DNA of 64,000 bases from the NCBI GenBank assembly GCA_964390725.1, contig CAYMIW010000013.1:9086-73085 (forward strand), written 5' to 3'. This stretch comes from an uncultured Syntrophomonadaceae bacterium (GTDB taxonomy: Bacteria > Bacillota > Dethiobacteria > DTU022). The notes under the pieces were generated by a model, which saw nothing but the letters and a program-made list of their open reading frames with translations, made no database searches and was not told where the DNA came from. A program made the translations under genes and the position numbers. This document shows, piece by piece, positions 18,255-28,271 of this stretch (position 1 is the stretch's first letter; every line of letters starts with the position of its first letter).

Positions 18255-19619
18255 TTATAGTCTGCGGATCTGATCAGCCAGATACTGCAGTTTTTTTCTT
18301 CTCACAGAATTAATGCAGCAAAGAAACTGGCGGAACTTTTCGTGCCATTCTTTTTCGTGTTCTGGAAAATAATCGTATACTTCCGTACAGTCTTGGGTGG
18401 GCAGCCGCTGAATCAGAAAAGCCAAAACCGTATCGTCCAGCGTATGAAATAGTTCGGTGTATTCATCATCAAAGAGGCAGCAGGCACCAAGCAAATCAAC
18501 CAGATCGGAGATACTACAAACTTCCTGTTGTATAATAGTTAATTTATCTGAGACAAACCGGCAGCTTCTGATTTCCTCCGTCAGGATCCGAAATGCTTCA
18601 TTGGTTAACATCTGGCCTTCCGAAAACTCTAAGATTTCGGAAGTGCCCTCTTGGTTAAAGCTAATAAACAGCTTGGCTAAATCGTATTCTTTCAAACCTA
18701 TATTTAGCCGTGCAGTTATATCCTGAGCAGTTATCTCAATATAATTTTGCATGAAGGAGTCTTTTACACAAAAATACCTGCATAGAACTCCGGTAGCATC
18801 CTTTAGATGATTGCCCAGTTTATTCTGGTGAAGGTTGGCTAACTGTTGCTTAATTTTTTCAATGTCTGTTTGATCAATCATAAGCTGACACAGATCTTTT
18901 TTTGCCAAAGTAGAGCCAACCAGGTTTGTGATCACAATTGCAAATATATTGATAAGCAAGCCTTCATAGTGTTCATGATAACCCTGAAGTAAGCGGTGCA
19001 GGTCTTGTGCCAAAAATTTTTTGCAGAACTCATTTTCCAACCAAAGCTTGTGCAGGTAATCTTCAATATATTCAACGCCTGTCAGAAGCATTTGATCATG
19101 GCTTAATGGATAATCAATACCTGCCGGGATATCGTGAGCGGCATATTCAAGGTCATAAGACGAAAAGAATAGCGGCAGGCCATTGTCAATGGTATCATTA
19201 TAAGCCTCAACTTTCGTTTGCAGTCTGTTTTCCTGAATGGCTATAAGCTTTTTTTCTGATAGACCTACTTTTTCTTTCAGAAGCACTTTACCTTTTTCGT
19301 ATAATGTTTTCAGTTTCTCTTCCTTAACCAGAGCAAGACAGGCATCTTTGTTTGCTGAATTTTTTAGTGTTAACCCGATTGTGTAAAAAATGGATTGCAG
19401 TAATCCCTGGGCTTTTTCAACAGGCAGTGAACTGCTGGCACCACCCGTTAACTGCTCTGTCAGTTCAGATAATAATTGAAGACTTTGCACCTGCACCCCT
19501 GACAATACATCATCTGAAATCATATTTTTGTGGTAAGCTTCTTCAAGCAGTGACTGGAAGAAATGCGCCGGATCCAAGCTTTCTATTTTAATGCTTTGTT
19601 TTACCAGTTTACTCATCAT
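18255..19619 (-). CDS. Hypothetical protein (about 454 aa, soluble). Its start overlaps the stop of the upstream gene.
   Basis: A long ORF. Its MMSKL start lies in ATGATGAGTAA, which contains the TAA of the 174-aa upstream ORF. No motifs were recognised. Confidence 0.5.
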   Translation of the reverse strand: MMSKLVKQSIKIESLDPAHFFQSLLEEAYHKNMISDDVLSGVQVQSLQLLSELTEQLTGGASSSLPVEKAQGLLQSIFYTIGLTLKNSANKDACLALVKEEKLKTLYEKGKVLLKEKVGLSEKKLIAIQENRLQTKVEAYNDTIDNGLPLFFSSYDLEYAAHDIPAGIDYPLSHDQMLLTGVEYIEDYLHKLWLENEFCKKFLAQDLHRLLQGYHEHYEGLLINIFAIVITNLVGSTLAKKDLCQLMIDQTDIEKIKQQLANLHQNKLGNHLKDATGVLCRYFCVKDSFMQNYIEITAQDITARLNIGLKEYDLAKLFISFNQEGTSEILEFSEGQMLTNEAFRILTEEIRSCRFVSDKLTIIQQEVCSISDLVDLLGACCLFDDEYTELFHTLDDTVLAFLIQRLPTQDCTEVYDYFPEHEKEWHEKFRQFLCCINSVRRKKLQYLADQIRRL

Positions 19620-20097
19620 AATCCTCCCCGGCATCATATTCTTCTTCAGCTTCACCAGAACAATACATGCCAAAACGAATGCTGCGTGCCAGGGTTTCCA
19701 GTTCACGGTTCTGTAGCAACTCAATTGACCCCTGGCAGTTATGATCAAAATAGTCTTTCATTAAGGACAACAGTTCATCATCACCGATTTCATCGAGCAT
19801 TTCATTTTTAAAGTAGTAGAATGTCTCTAATAAATCGAACAGGTTTTCAGCATAGTTGTCTTTAAAAAGGAAGGGAGAATTGCAGAAGGTCAGGATCAGC
19901 TTTTGAATAATGCCTCCGGTAAACTCAACGCGCCCGTGACGGAGCAGTGTTTCGGTTTGTGCCTCCACAAGTTGACGAGCTTCTTTTGCTGTCAAATCTA
20001 AGCCATAATAACATGTAACATCATTGCATTTGATAATTTCATCAACCGTCAGCTTTTGCCGCATCATTGCAGGATTGAATAAAACAAGCTGATTCAT
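19609..20097 (-). CDS. Hypothetical protein (about 162 aa) with an acidic C-terminal tail.
   Basis: Start MNQLVLFNPAMM preceded by AGGAGG 7 nt upstream. The C-terminus reads SGEAEEEYDAGEDYDE. It is the first gene of a three-gene operon. Confidence 0.5.
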   Translation of the reverse strand: MNQLVLFNPAMMRQKLTVDEIIKCNDVTCYYGLDLTAKEARQLVEAQTETLLRHGRVEFTGGIIQKLILTFCNSPFLFKDNYAENLFDLLETFYYFKNEMLDEIGDDELLSLMKDYFDHNCQGSIELLQNRELETLARSIRFGMYCSGEAEEEYDAGEDYDE

Positions 20098-20126
20098 TTT
20101 TAACCTCCTGATTTTTATGCAGGATA

Positions 20127-20155
20127 TTGACAAACGAACTTATATATGATATGAT
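20127..20155 (+). promoter_or_regulatory. Near-consensus sigma-A promoter facing away from the three-gene operon, into a 480-bp ORF-free region.
   Basis: TTGACA, a 17-nt spacer, then TATGAT (ttgacaaacgaacttatatatgatatgat). Confidence 0.35.
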
Positions 20156-20197
20156 AGCATTGAGGGAGTATATTAGTTATCCTATAACGCCACCTTC

Positions 20198-20232
20198 CAT
20201 ATTAGCATTGATTGTTTAAGCAGTCAATGTGT
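20198..20232 (-). promoter_or_regulatory. Candidate promoter of the three-gene operon.
   Basis: On the minus strand: TTGACT, a 17-nt spacer, then TAATAT. It lies about 100 nt upstream of the 20097 start. Confidence 0.3.
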
Positions 20233-20630
20233 TTTTGGTTTTTCAAAAATTAATGTCTGCACAGCGATAACTGCCCCGGGGGCGGAAATGTTATCAGATT
20301 ACCCTGTTAAAATACATGGATATAGTCATCTATGAAGTATACTCTGAGCCTCATTGGCATCATGAATACTCACTGCCTGTGGCCAATTATAATGGCAAGA
20401 GACCTATTAAGTTGACTCAAGTGAATCTATTAACGAGTATCCCTACCGAACTTGTCTGGGATGTTAGGGTTAAGCCTTATCCCTTGTAGTACAGATCCAC
20501 TCTGCAAAATGTCACAAAATAAAACAAGCGTCTTCCGCTCAAAACGGAAACCGCTTTTTTTATGCATTTTCAGATAAAATTATACCACCTGCTGACAAAA
20601 TACTCTTTTATCAATAGATGGTAGTTGAAT

Positions 20631-20984
20631 TGGTGGAGGCGGCGGGAATCGAACCCGCGTCCGAAGGCCCAGCAACAGAAGCATCTACAAGCTTAGTTCC
20701 GGCTTTGTGTGTCGCGCCTCCGGCTCCCCGGAACAGGATCCTTCAGCGCCAGCTCCGTTAATTTTCCCGCATAAGAGGTGGAGCGACCGCTTAAACAGTA
20801 GGCCGGATTAGTGACACCCCTGATCTTTCCCCCGGCCGGGGAAAGGAGGGATGCGCTACTTTAGATTAAGCAGCGAGTGCGTAATTCGGTTTGGCGTTTA
20901 TAGCCTTTCCATGTTTTTAACCAGGTCATGGTCCTGGACCTGCAGCTTCTGTCTCAAAAACCCCCGTCGAATCCTAACGCCCCC
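20631..20984 (-). ncRNA. ssrA: tmRNA (SsrA).
   Basis: The minus strand begins GGGGGCGTTAGGATTCGACGGGG and ends GCGGGTTCGATTCCCGCCGCCTCCACCA. These are the canonical tmRNA 5-prime end and the tRNA-like 3-prime end. smpB lies immediately upstream. Confidence 0.85.
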
Positions 20985-20997
20985 AAACTTTAATTAA

Positions 20998-21456
20998 TCA
21001 TTCACCACGTTGTCTTTCGCGAAACGCTCTTTCCATTTCGCGCTTGCTGTCATGTTCGGCAATATCCCGCCGTTTGTCATACAGTTTTTTACCACGGGCC
21101 AATCCCAGCTCAAGCTTAACCAGTCCTTTTGTTAAATATATCTTCAGCGGAATCAGGGCATAACCTTTTTCGGTTATTTTACCGTACAATCTCGATATTT
21201 CAATTTTATGCATCAAGAGCTTGCGTACCCGCAGAGGATCATGGTTAAAACGGTTACCCTGTTCATACGGGCTTATATGCATATTATACAGGTACATCTC
21301 TCCATTTTCAATGCGGGCATAGCTGTCTTTCAGGTTAACCCGGGCATTGCGGACTGACTTCACCTCGGTACCTTTAAGCACAATACCTGCTTCATAGGTT
21401 TCCTCTACATGGTAGTCATGCCGCGCCTTGCGGTTGGTGCTGATAATCTTTTCCAC
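20998..21456 (-). CDS. smpB: SsrA-binding protein SmpB.
   Basis: 152 aa. [34 protein letters not shown] is the canonical SmpB N-terminus. Confidence 0.9.
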   Translation of the reverse strand: MEKIISTNRKARHDYHVEETYEAGIVLKGTEVKSVRNARVNLKDSYARIENGEMYLYNMHISPYEQGNRFNHDPLRVRKLLMHKIEISRLYGKITEKGYALIPLKIYLTKGLVKLELGLARGKKLYDKRRDIAEHDSKREMERAFRERQRGE

Positions 21457-21479
21457 TTTAGTATCTCCAGTTATATAGT

Positions 21480-22046
21480 TTACAGCTTAAATGGATTGCC
21501 CCATTTGTTTTTGAATACAATTTCCTCTATTTCCATGCGGGGCCGCTTCGAAGATACTGTTTCGGGTATACCAAGCGGTGTCAGGGCTACAACCCTGTAT
21601 TCGGAAGGCACACCACAGGCGGTACGAACAGTTTCTTCGTCAAAAAACCCTACCCAACAGGTACCTAAACCTTCTGCATGGGCGGCCAGCATCAACTGTT
21701 GCATGGTAATTCCGGCATCAAGCATGTAAAAATCTTTGCCATCTTTATCTCCGGAAGCCTGGGGATCTGCACAAAGCACGATCACAAGCGGAGCTGTTTC
21801 AGTAACAGCACGGCGGGCAGGGTTGCTCTCGGGCATACATGCCGATATAGCTTCCCTCTGTTCCTTTTCACTGACCACAATGAACCTCCAGCACTGCTGG
21901 TTCTTCCATGACGGTGCTACCCGGGCAGCTTCAAGAACAAGCTTCAATTTATCCTCCGGGACAGGATCCGTTTTATACTTTCGTACGCTACGCCTCTCAT
22001 TTAATGCTTCATAAGTATCCACTGAGTAACCTCCTTTAAAATACAA
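21480..22046 (-). CDS. Nitroreductase-family protein.
   Basis: 188 aa. [11 protein letters not shown]...[12 protein letters not shown] is the nitroreductase-fold signature. Confidence 0.8.
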   Translation of the reverse strand: MYFKGGYSVDTYEALNERRSVRKYKTDPVPEDKLKLVLEAARVAPSWKNQQCWRFIVVSEKEQREAISACMPESNPARRAVTETAPLVIVLCADPQASGDKDGKDFYMLDAGITMQQLMLAAHAEGLGTCWVGFFDEETVRTACGVPSEYRVVALTPLGIPETVSSKRPRMEIEEIVFKNKWGNPFKL

Positions 22047-22052
22047 ATTTAT

Positions 22053-24203
22053 CTAAGCATCTGTTTCTGGAACAAATGTTACCTGACCTTCTTCCCGGTT
22101 GGCCCTGATTACCTTAACTTTAACTTCATCTCCCAGTTTATAACGTTTACCACTCCGCTCACCGGTCAGCGAAGCCGCCCGCTCATTGTATACATAATAA
22201 TCATCTTTCAGCTCATTAACCGGTATCATACCCTCAATTGTATTATCAAGTTCAACAAATAACCCGAAACCAGCTACCCCGCTCACTATACCAGTATATG
22301 TTTCACCGATTTTTTCCTCCATGAATTGTGCTTTTTTCATTTCAATACTGGCTCTTTCGGCTTCAACCGCTGCTCTTTCCCGCTCGGAAGAGTGACGGGC
22401 AATATCGGGAAAGCGCGAGTGGAGCTTCTTGATTTTCTCCCTGGTTAATCCACTGCCTCTTAATTTTTCCTTTAAAATCCGGTGAACTACCAGGTCAGGA
22501 TATCGTCTGATCGGCGAAGTAAAGTGGCAGTAACAAGCGGAAGCAAGACCGAAATGCCCTTCATTTTCAGCACTGTACAAAGCCTGGGGAAGTGAACGCA
22601 GCACCAGGTAACGTATTAGCTTCTCAGTTTTTTCTCCCTTTGTCTGATCAAGCAAACTATTCAAATGTTTTGGCTTGAGCACCTTAATATTTGATAATGA
22701 TCCTATGCCCATCAAGGTCAGGGTTTCCCGCAGGAGAGCTAGTTTTTCCTCGGTTGGCAGGGCATGTACCCTGTATACACAGGGAAGTTTTCGTTTATAT
22801 AAATGTTCAGCAACAGCTTCATTGCAATAAATCATAAACTCTTCGATAAGCGATTCAGAGCGCCCCATAACTCTCTTTCCTACTGCTATCGGAACTCCTT
22901 CCGCATCTATTTCGATCTTAGTTTCCGGCATATCAAGATCAAGGGCACCACGCTTCATTCTGCGTTTGCGAAGTATTTCAGCAAGCTCAGACATACTATC
23001 TATCACTTGAGGCAGATCTTTGTTAGTAAAAGTTTTTTTAACATCGGCACCGTTAAAATATGCCTCAACCTGCTGGTATGTAAGCCGTTCAGTAACCTTG
23101 ATCACGCTGGCTGAAAACTTAGCGTCCACAAGCTCGCCCTGACGGTCAATATCCATAATAACGCTCACTGCCAGTCGGTCCTTGTCGGCCTGCAAACTAC
23201 AAAGATTTTCCGACAGCCGGGGCGGCAGCATATGGATAACCCTGTCAACCAGGTATATGCTGGTCCCCCGTTTGAAAGCTTCACGATCAATTGGCTTGCC
23301 CTGTCTCACGTAATGCGACACATCGGCAATATGCACACCCAGAGTGTAGATACCGTTTTTTTCTTCCAGAGATACTGCATCGTCAAAATCGCGAGCTGAT
23401 TCATCATCGATAGTAACCATGCGGGTTTCCCTTAAATCTAATCGGTCGTCTTCTTTCACTGCCTGGGCTATTGAGTCTTCACCGGGCAGATCTTCAACAA
23501 ATTTAATTACTGCCGGTGGAAATTCGCCGGGCAGCTCATAGCGATGTTTAAAGGTTAGCATCTCTGCCCCGGCACTTCCGGCCCGACCCAGGTGCTCCAC
23601 AACCCGACCCCGGGAAGGGCGGTTACCCTGGGACCATTTTTCTATTTCCACTATTACCTTGTCCCCCGGACGCGCTTTTTTCAAATCATCTGAAGAAACC
23701 TGCACCGGAGAAGGCATGCGGTTATCATCGGGTTCTACAAACAATCTTTTTTTCTCCTTTTTCAGGGTCCCTACTACACGACTGCTGCCCCGCTTGATAA
23801 TCCCTATAACCGTGCCTTCACGCCGGCGGCTACCTCTCTTATCATCAATTCGTACAACTACCCGGTCGCCGTGAGCTGCACTATTGAGGTTTCTCGAATT
23901 TATGTAGATATCTTCCGATCGTGCATCAGGTTTTAGAAAAGCAAAGCCTCTTTTATTACCCTGCAGCACTCCCGTTATATAACCAAGACGGTCAGGTAAA
24001 CCAAATCGACCCCTGGCTGTTTTTACAACCAAGCCCTCATTTTCCATTCTTTTTAAACTGCCAAGAAGCAGGGCTTTATCCTGGCGGTTTATTCTCAGGG
24101 CTCCAAGAATCTGCTCAGGAGTTAGTGACTTTTGCCGCCCCTCTTCCAGGAGACGCAGCACTTTATCGCGCAGGGGATTAACAAGATTTTTTTTCTCACT
24201 CAT
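22053..24203 (-). CDS. rnr: Ribonuclease R.
   Basis: 716 aa with an RNB catalytic core and a C-terminal S1 domain. It sits in the conserved secG-rnr-smpB-ssrA arrangement. Confidence 0.9.
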   Translation of the reverse strand: MSEKKNLVNPLRDKVLRLLEEGRQKSLTPEQILGALRINRQDKALLLGSLKRMENEGLVVKTARGRFGLPDRLGYITGVLQGNKRGFAFLKPDARSEDIYINSRNLNSAAHGDRVVVRIDDKRGSRRREGTVIGIIKRGSSRVVGTLKKEKKRLFVEPDDNRMPSPVQVSSDDLKKARPGDKVIVEIEKWSQGNRPSRGRVVEHLGRAGSAGAEMLTFKHRYELPGEFPPAVIKFVEDLPGEDSIAQAVKEDDRLDLRETRMVTIDDESARDFDDAVSLEEKNGIYTLGVHIADVSHYVRQGKPIDREAFKRGTSIYLVDRVIHMLPPRLSENLCSLQADKDRLAVSVIMDIDRQGELVDAKFSASVIKVTERLTYQQVEAYFNGADVKKTFTNKDLPQVIDSMSELAEILRKRRMKRGALDLDMPETKIEIDAEGVPIAVGKRVMGRSESLIEEFMIYCNEAVAEHLYKRKLPCVYRVHALPTEEKLALLRETLTLMGIGSLSNIKVLKPKHLNSLLDQTKGEKTEKLIRYLVLRSLPQALYSAENEGHFGLASACYCHFTSPIRRYPDLVVHRILKEKLRGSGLTREKIKKLHSRFPDIARHSSERERAAVEAERASIEMKKAQFMEEKIGETYTGIVSGVAGFGLFVELDNTIEGMIPVNELKDDYYVYNERAASLTGERSGKRYKLGDEVKVKVIRANREEGQVTFVPETDA

Positions 24204-24330
24204 TTTTTGGCATCTCCTTAAACTATCAAATACAGTCGATTGTTATGCCGGACTAATACTTTGGTAAATTAATAAAAAAGCAGGGGACTGTGCATTCCCC
24301 TGCCATTATACCATTGAAACCTTTAGGTCG

Positions 24331-24579
24331 TTAACTCAGAACAACCATAACAATTGTCAGAGCCATGAAAGCTATGGCAATGTAAGTGGTAACTTTGCCC
24401 AGCTTGTCGTCCAGTCCCTTTTTTTTGCCAACCAGCGATTGAGCTCCACCAGCAATGGCTCCAAGACCGGCGCTGCGTCCCGATTGCAACAGGACAATGG
24501 CAATTAAGGCCAGGCACATGATAAGATAAATAATATTTACAACAAGTCCGATCATTATTAAATACCTCCAGTAATTCAT
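24331..24579 (-). CDS. secG: Preprotein translocase subunit SecG.
   Basis: Small two-TM protein with a glycine-rich loop (LLQSGRSAGLGAIAGGAQSL). The true start may be the internal Met (MIGLV...). Confidence 0.75.
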   Translation of the reverse strand: MNYWRYLIMIGLVVNIIYLIMCLALIAIVLLQSGRSAGLGAIAGGAQSLVGKKKGLDDKLGKVTTYIAIAFMALTIVMVVLS

Positions 24580-24638
24580 CAGTTGAAGCTGAGCAAACGA
24601 TATTTTACCACATTTTCGCTAATAACACAAATGCCGAA

Positions 24639-25922
24639 CTAAATATTAAGCATGTTTTTTAAATTTTTCCCTCCGTAAATAGCACCCTTACCCAGCTCTT
24701 CTTCAATGCGCAGTAGCTGGTTATATTTGGCTACCCTGTCAACACGGGAAGGAGCACCTGTTTTGATCATACCGGCGCCCGTGGCCACGGCAAAGTCGGC
24801 TATAAAACTGTCGTCCGTTTCGCCTGAACGGTGAGAAACCATACAGCTGTAACCAGCGCCGGCACCCATTGCCATTGTTTCCAGGGTTTCACTGAGCGAA
24901 CCAATCTGGTTAAGCTTGATCAAAATGGAATTGGCTATACCCGAACTGATACCCCGGCTTAAGCGTCGGGGATTTGTTACAAATAAGTCATCGCCAATTA
25001 TTTTCAGCTTATTTCCTGCTGCTTTTGTAAACTCTGCCCAGCCGTCCCAGTCTTCTTCATCATGACTATCTTCAATACTAATCAGCGGAAAACGCCGGGC
25101 CAGGTTGAGATAATAGTTATTAAGTTCAGCAGATGTATATGCCCGACCTTCCAGGTGATAAGCTCCGTCCCGATAAAACTCGCTGGCTGCAGCGTCCAGG
25201 GCCAGGCATACTTCTTCTCCCGGTTTGTAACCTGCCACTCCAATTGCCTCGACTATAGCTTCCAATGCAGCTTCACTTGATTCAAGGTTGGGAGCAAAAC
25301 CACCTTCATCACCCACGTTGGTGTTTAGACCGCGTGACTTTAAAATACCCTTCAATTTATGAAACACCTCAGTACCCATGCGCAGTGCTTCTCTGAAACT
25401 ATCAGCCCCTAGGGGGACAATCATAAATTCCTGGATATCCATATTGTTATCGGCATGACTCCCTCCATTCAAGATATTCATGAATGGAACAGGCATTAAT
25501 ACCGCTTTTATTCCGCCAATATAGCGATAAAGTGGCAGACCGAGCATTATTGAAGCAGCACGGGCTGCCGCCATTGAAACTGCCAGTATGGCGTTGGCGC
25601 CAAGCTTCGATTTGTTTTCTGTACCGTCGATTTCGATCATGGTGCGATCAATTTCTTCCTGGTTGAGCACGTTCATTCCGCATAATTCCGGAGCAAGGAT
25701 ATCATTCACATTCTTAACAGCCGTAAGGACTCCTTTACCGAGGTAGCGGTTCTTATCACCATCGCGAAGCTCAACTGCTTCAAAAGCTCCGGTTGAGGCC
25801 CCGGAAGGCACAGCAGCCCGTGCTGTCCATCCGCCCTGCAAAAAAAGATCAACTTCAATGGTCGGGTTACCACGTGAATCAAGAATTTCTCTTGCCTTAA
25901 TATCCTGAATCATTTCTTCCAT
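24639..25922 (-). CDS. eno: Enolase.
   Basis: 427 aa. ...[18 protein letters not shown]... plus the conserved enolase C-terminal motifs. Confidence 0.95.
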   Translation of the reverse strand: MEEMIQDIKAREILDSRGNPTIEVDLFLQGGWTARAAVPSGASTGAFEAVELRDGDKNRYLGKGVLTAVKNVNDILAPELCGMNVLNQEEIDRTMIEIDGTENKSKLGANAILAVSMAAARAASIMLGLPLYRYIGGIKAVLMPVPFMNILNGGSHADNNMDIQEFMIVPLGADSFREALRMGTEVFHKLKGILKSRGLNTNVGDEGGFAPNLESSEAALEAIVEAIGVAGYKPGEEVCLALDAAASEFYRDGAYHLEGRAYTSAELNNYYLNLARRFPLISIEDSHDEEDWDGWAEFTKAAGNKLKIIGDDLFVTNPRRLSRGISSGIANSILIKLNQIGSLSETLETMAMGAGAGYSCMVSHRSGETDDSFIADFAVATGAGMIKTGAPSRVDRVAKYNQLLRIEEELGKGAIYGGKNLKNMLNI

Positions 25923-25937
25923 GTAAATCTCCTCCTG

Positions 25938-27473
25938 TTACTTTTCCGCTTTCAGCATACTCTTTCCGGTCATCTCTGGTGGAATAGGAAGACCGGCCAG
26001 TTCAAGCACTGTTGGGGCAATATCCGCTAAAACACCCTGTGAGCGAACATTTACATTTCCTGCTCCAAGCAGGATAAATGGAACCGGATTAGAGCTGTGT
26101 GCAGTCAGGGTTTCACCGTTGCCATTTAACATTTCCTCGGCATTACCATGATCGGCACATATAATTACCGCCCACTGCCGGGGCAGTGCTTCCTTTATAA
26201 TATCGCCCACGGCCCTGTCAACAGTTTCGACAGCTTTAACTGCAGCATCCTGGTTTCCTGTATGACCAACCATATCGGCATTGGCAAAATTGGCAACAAT
26301 CAGTGGGTGTTTACCTGCTTTAATGGATTCAGTTATTTTTTCGGCAACTTCGGGCGCACTCATCTCCGGCTGCAGATCATAAGTAGCTACTTTTGGCGAA
26401 GGAACCAGGATGCGATCTTCTCCGGGAAAAGGTTTTTCCCGCCCCCCGCTGAAGAAAAAGGTTACATGGGCATATTTTTCTGTTTCGGCTATGCGTACCT
26501 GGGGCAAATTGTTTTCGGCATATGTTTCACCAAGGGTATGCTTGAGATCATCGAGCGTAAAGGCAACCGGCAGATCAAATTCCCGATCATATTTGGTCAT
26601 GGTAACATAATACGGCTTAACCGGATCATTGCCCCGCTTAAATTCATTAAAGCTTTGATCAGTCAGGGCGCGGGTAATCTGGCGTGCACGATCAGGTCTA
26701 AAATTAAAGAATATAACACTGTCTTCATTTTTTATTGTTGCCAGCGGTTTGCCTTTGTCATCAACAATTACCGTTGGTTTGACAAACTCGTCACCTTCTT
26801 CGCGTTCATAGGCCTGATCAAGCGCGTCAAGCGAGTTCAAAGCGGTTAACCCTTCACCCCTGGTATAAGCGCGATAAGCCTTTTCAACCCTGTCCCAGCG
26901 TTTATCCCTGTCCATGGCATAATACCGGCCACAAACCGTTGCCACATAACCGTTATTGTGCTCTGCTGAAAATTCGGCCAGTTTTTCCAGGTAAGGCCGC
27001 GCCCCAAAAGGTATCGTATCACGGCCATCGAGAATGGCATGAACGTAATACTTTTTCACACCCTGCTGTTCAGCCATGTTCAACAAAGCCATGAGGTGAT
27101 TCAGGTGACTGTGAACACCGCCATCCGACACCAGTCCAACCATATGTAAAACCCCACCCTGTAGTTTAGCTTTTTTCATAGCTGTTATTAATACAGGGTT
27201 TTCATAGAATTGACCGGTTTCAATCGCCTTGCTGATCCTGGTTAATTCCTGGTAAACAACCCTGCCTGCGCCAAGATTAAGGTGCCCAACCTCAGAATTA
27301 CCCATCTGGGCGGGAGGCAGACCAACCGCTTCACCAGAAGCATTGAGGCGGGCTCGCGGATATTCTCTGCTGAGCTTGTCCATGTTAGGGGTAGAGGCCT
27401 GCATTATAGCATTGCCCTCTTTTTTATCGCTTTCGCCCCAGCCATCAAGGATTAAAAGAAGGACTTTTTTCAA
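25938..27473 (-). CDS. gpmI: 2,3-bisphosphoglycerate-independent phosphoglycerate mutase.
   Basis: 511 aa with the N-terminus MKKVLLLILDGWG. Confidence 0.95.
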   Translation of the reverse strand: MKKVLLLILDGWGESDKKEGNAIMQASTPNMDKLSREYPRARLNASGEAVGLPPAQMGNSEVGHLNLGAGRVVYQELTRISKAIETGQFYENPVLITAMKKAKLQGGVLHMVGLVSDGGVHSHLNHLMALLNMAEQQGVKKYYVHAILDGRDTIPFGARPYLEKLAEFSAEHNNGYVATVCGRYYAMDRDKRWDRVEKAYRAYTRGEGLTALNSLDALDQAYEREEGDEFVKPTVIVDDKGKPLATIKNEDSVIFFNFRPDRARQITRALTDQSFNEFKRGNDPVKPYYVTMTKYDREFDLPVAFTLDDLKHTLGETYAENNLPQVRIAETEKYAHVTFFFSGGREKPFPGEDRILVPSPKVATYDLQPEMSAPEVAEKITESIKAGKHPLIVANFANADMVGHTGNQDAAVKAVETVDRAVGDIIKEALPRQWAVIICADHGNAEEMLNGNGETLTAHSSNPVPFILLGAGNVNVRSQGVLADIAPTVLELAGLPIPPEMTGKSMLKAEK

Positions 27474-28237
27474 TGTAAGACCGCCTTTCGGGCAGCGGTA
27501 ATCAAATTGATAAAGGTGCCTGTTGCAAGGCTGGCTCCGCCAACCAGTGCTCCGGCAACCGAGGGAAGAGTAACAAAAGATCCAATATTGTCAGGTTTAA
27601 CACTGCCGCCATACTGTATTCTTAGACGGGAGGCCACTTCTACACCCAATTTTTCACGAACAAGGTCATGGATATAGTCTCCGGCGTTCCCGGCATCTTC
27701 AGCTGTAGCAGCCCGACCCGTTCCGATTGCCCAGACAGGTTCATACGCGATAACCAGATTATTTATTGCTTCCGGGTTTAGCCCTTCAAATGCCGACACA
27801 AGCTGTCTCTGCAGGACTAACTCAGTGGCACCGTTGTGTCGTTCATCTTCTGTTTCCCCGACACAGAGAATCGGTTTCAAGCCTTTGTTAAAAGCAGCTT
27901 TGACTTTTCTGTTAATCTGCATATCGTTCTCACCAAAAATATGCCGCCGCTCGGAGTGACCGATAATTACATACTCAACTCCATATTCAAGAAGCATACT
28001 GGCAGCTATCTCTCCTGTAAATGCGCCTTTCTCTTCCCAATGAATATTTTGTGCTCCCACCTTAATCTTACTGCCCTGCAGTATTTCACCCGCAGTGGGA
28101 AGAGCTGTGAAAGGAGGGCAGATTATAACATCCACCCCTTCGAAGTTGCTTTCTTCTTTCTGCAGCTCACGGCAAAAAGCAGCCGTTTCGGCTGCAGTTT
28201 TATGCATTTTCCAATTTGCAGCAATAATTAGATTCAT
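27470..28237 (-). CDS. tpiA: Triosephosphate isomerase.
   Basis: 255 aa. AANWKMHK... and AYEPVWAIGTG motifs. Confidence 0.95.
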   Translation of the reverse strand: MNLIIAANWKMHKTAAETAAFCRELQKEESNFEGVDVIICPPFTALPTAGEILQGSKIKVGAQNIHWEEKGAFTGEIAASMLLEYGVEYVIIGHSERRHIFGENDMQINRKVKAAFNKGLKPILCVGETEDERHNGATELVLQRQLVSAFEGLNPEAINNLVIAYEPVWAIGTGRAATAEDAGNAGDYIHDLVREKLGVEVASRLRIQYGGSVKPDNIGSFVTLPSVAGALVGGASLATGTFINLITAARKAVLH

Positions 28238-28271
28238 TTACTTCACTCCCCTGTTCGGCATTATGGGTTTG

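Noticed and set aside
20520-20575. An intrinsic terminator between the operon promoter region and tmRNA.
   Set aside because: It has only a 5-bp stem (TTCCG/CGGAA) with a T-run on the plus strand. That is too weak to list as a feature, though it may end the putative plus-strand transcript.
26148-26849. A 233-aa plus-strand ORF.
   Set aside because: It is fully antisense to gpmI. Its composition is driven by the opposite strand's codon usage, and it is not a credible gene.
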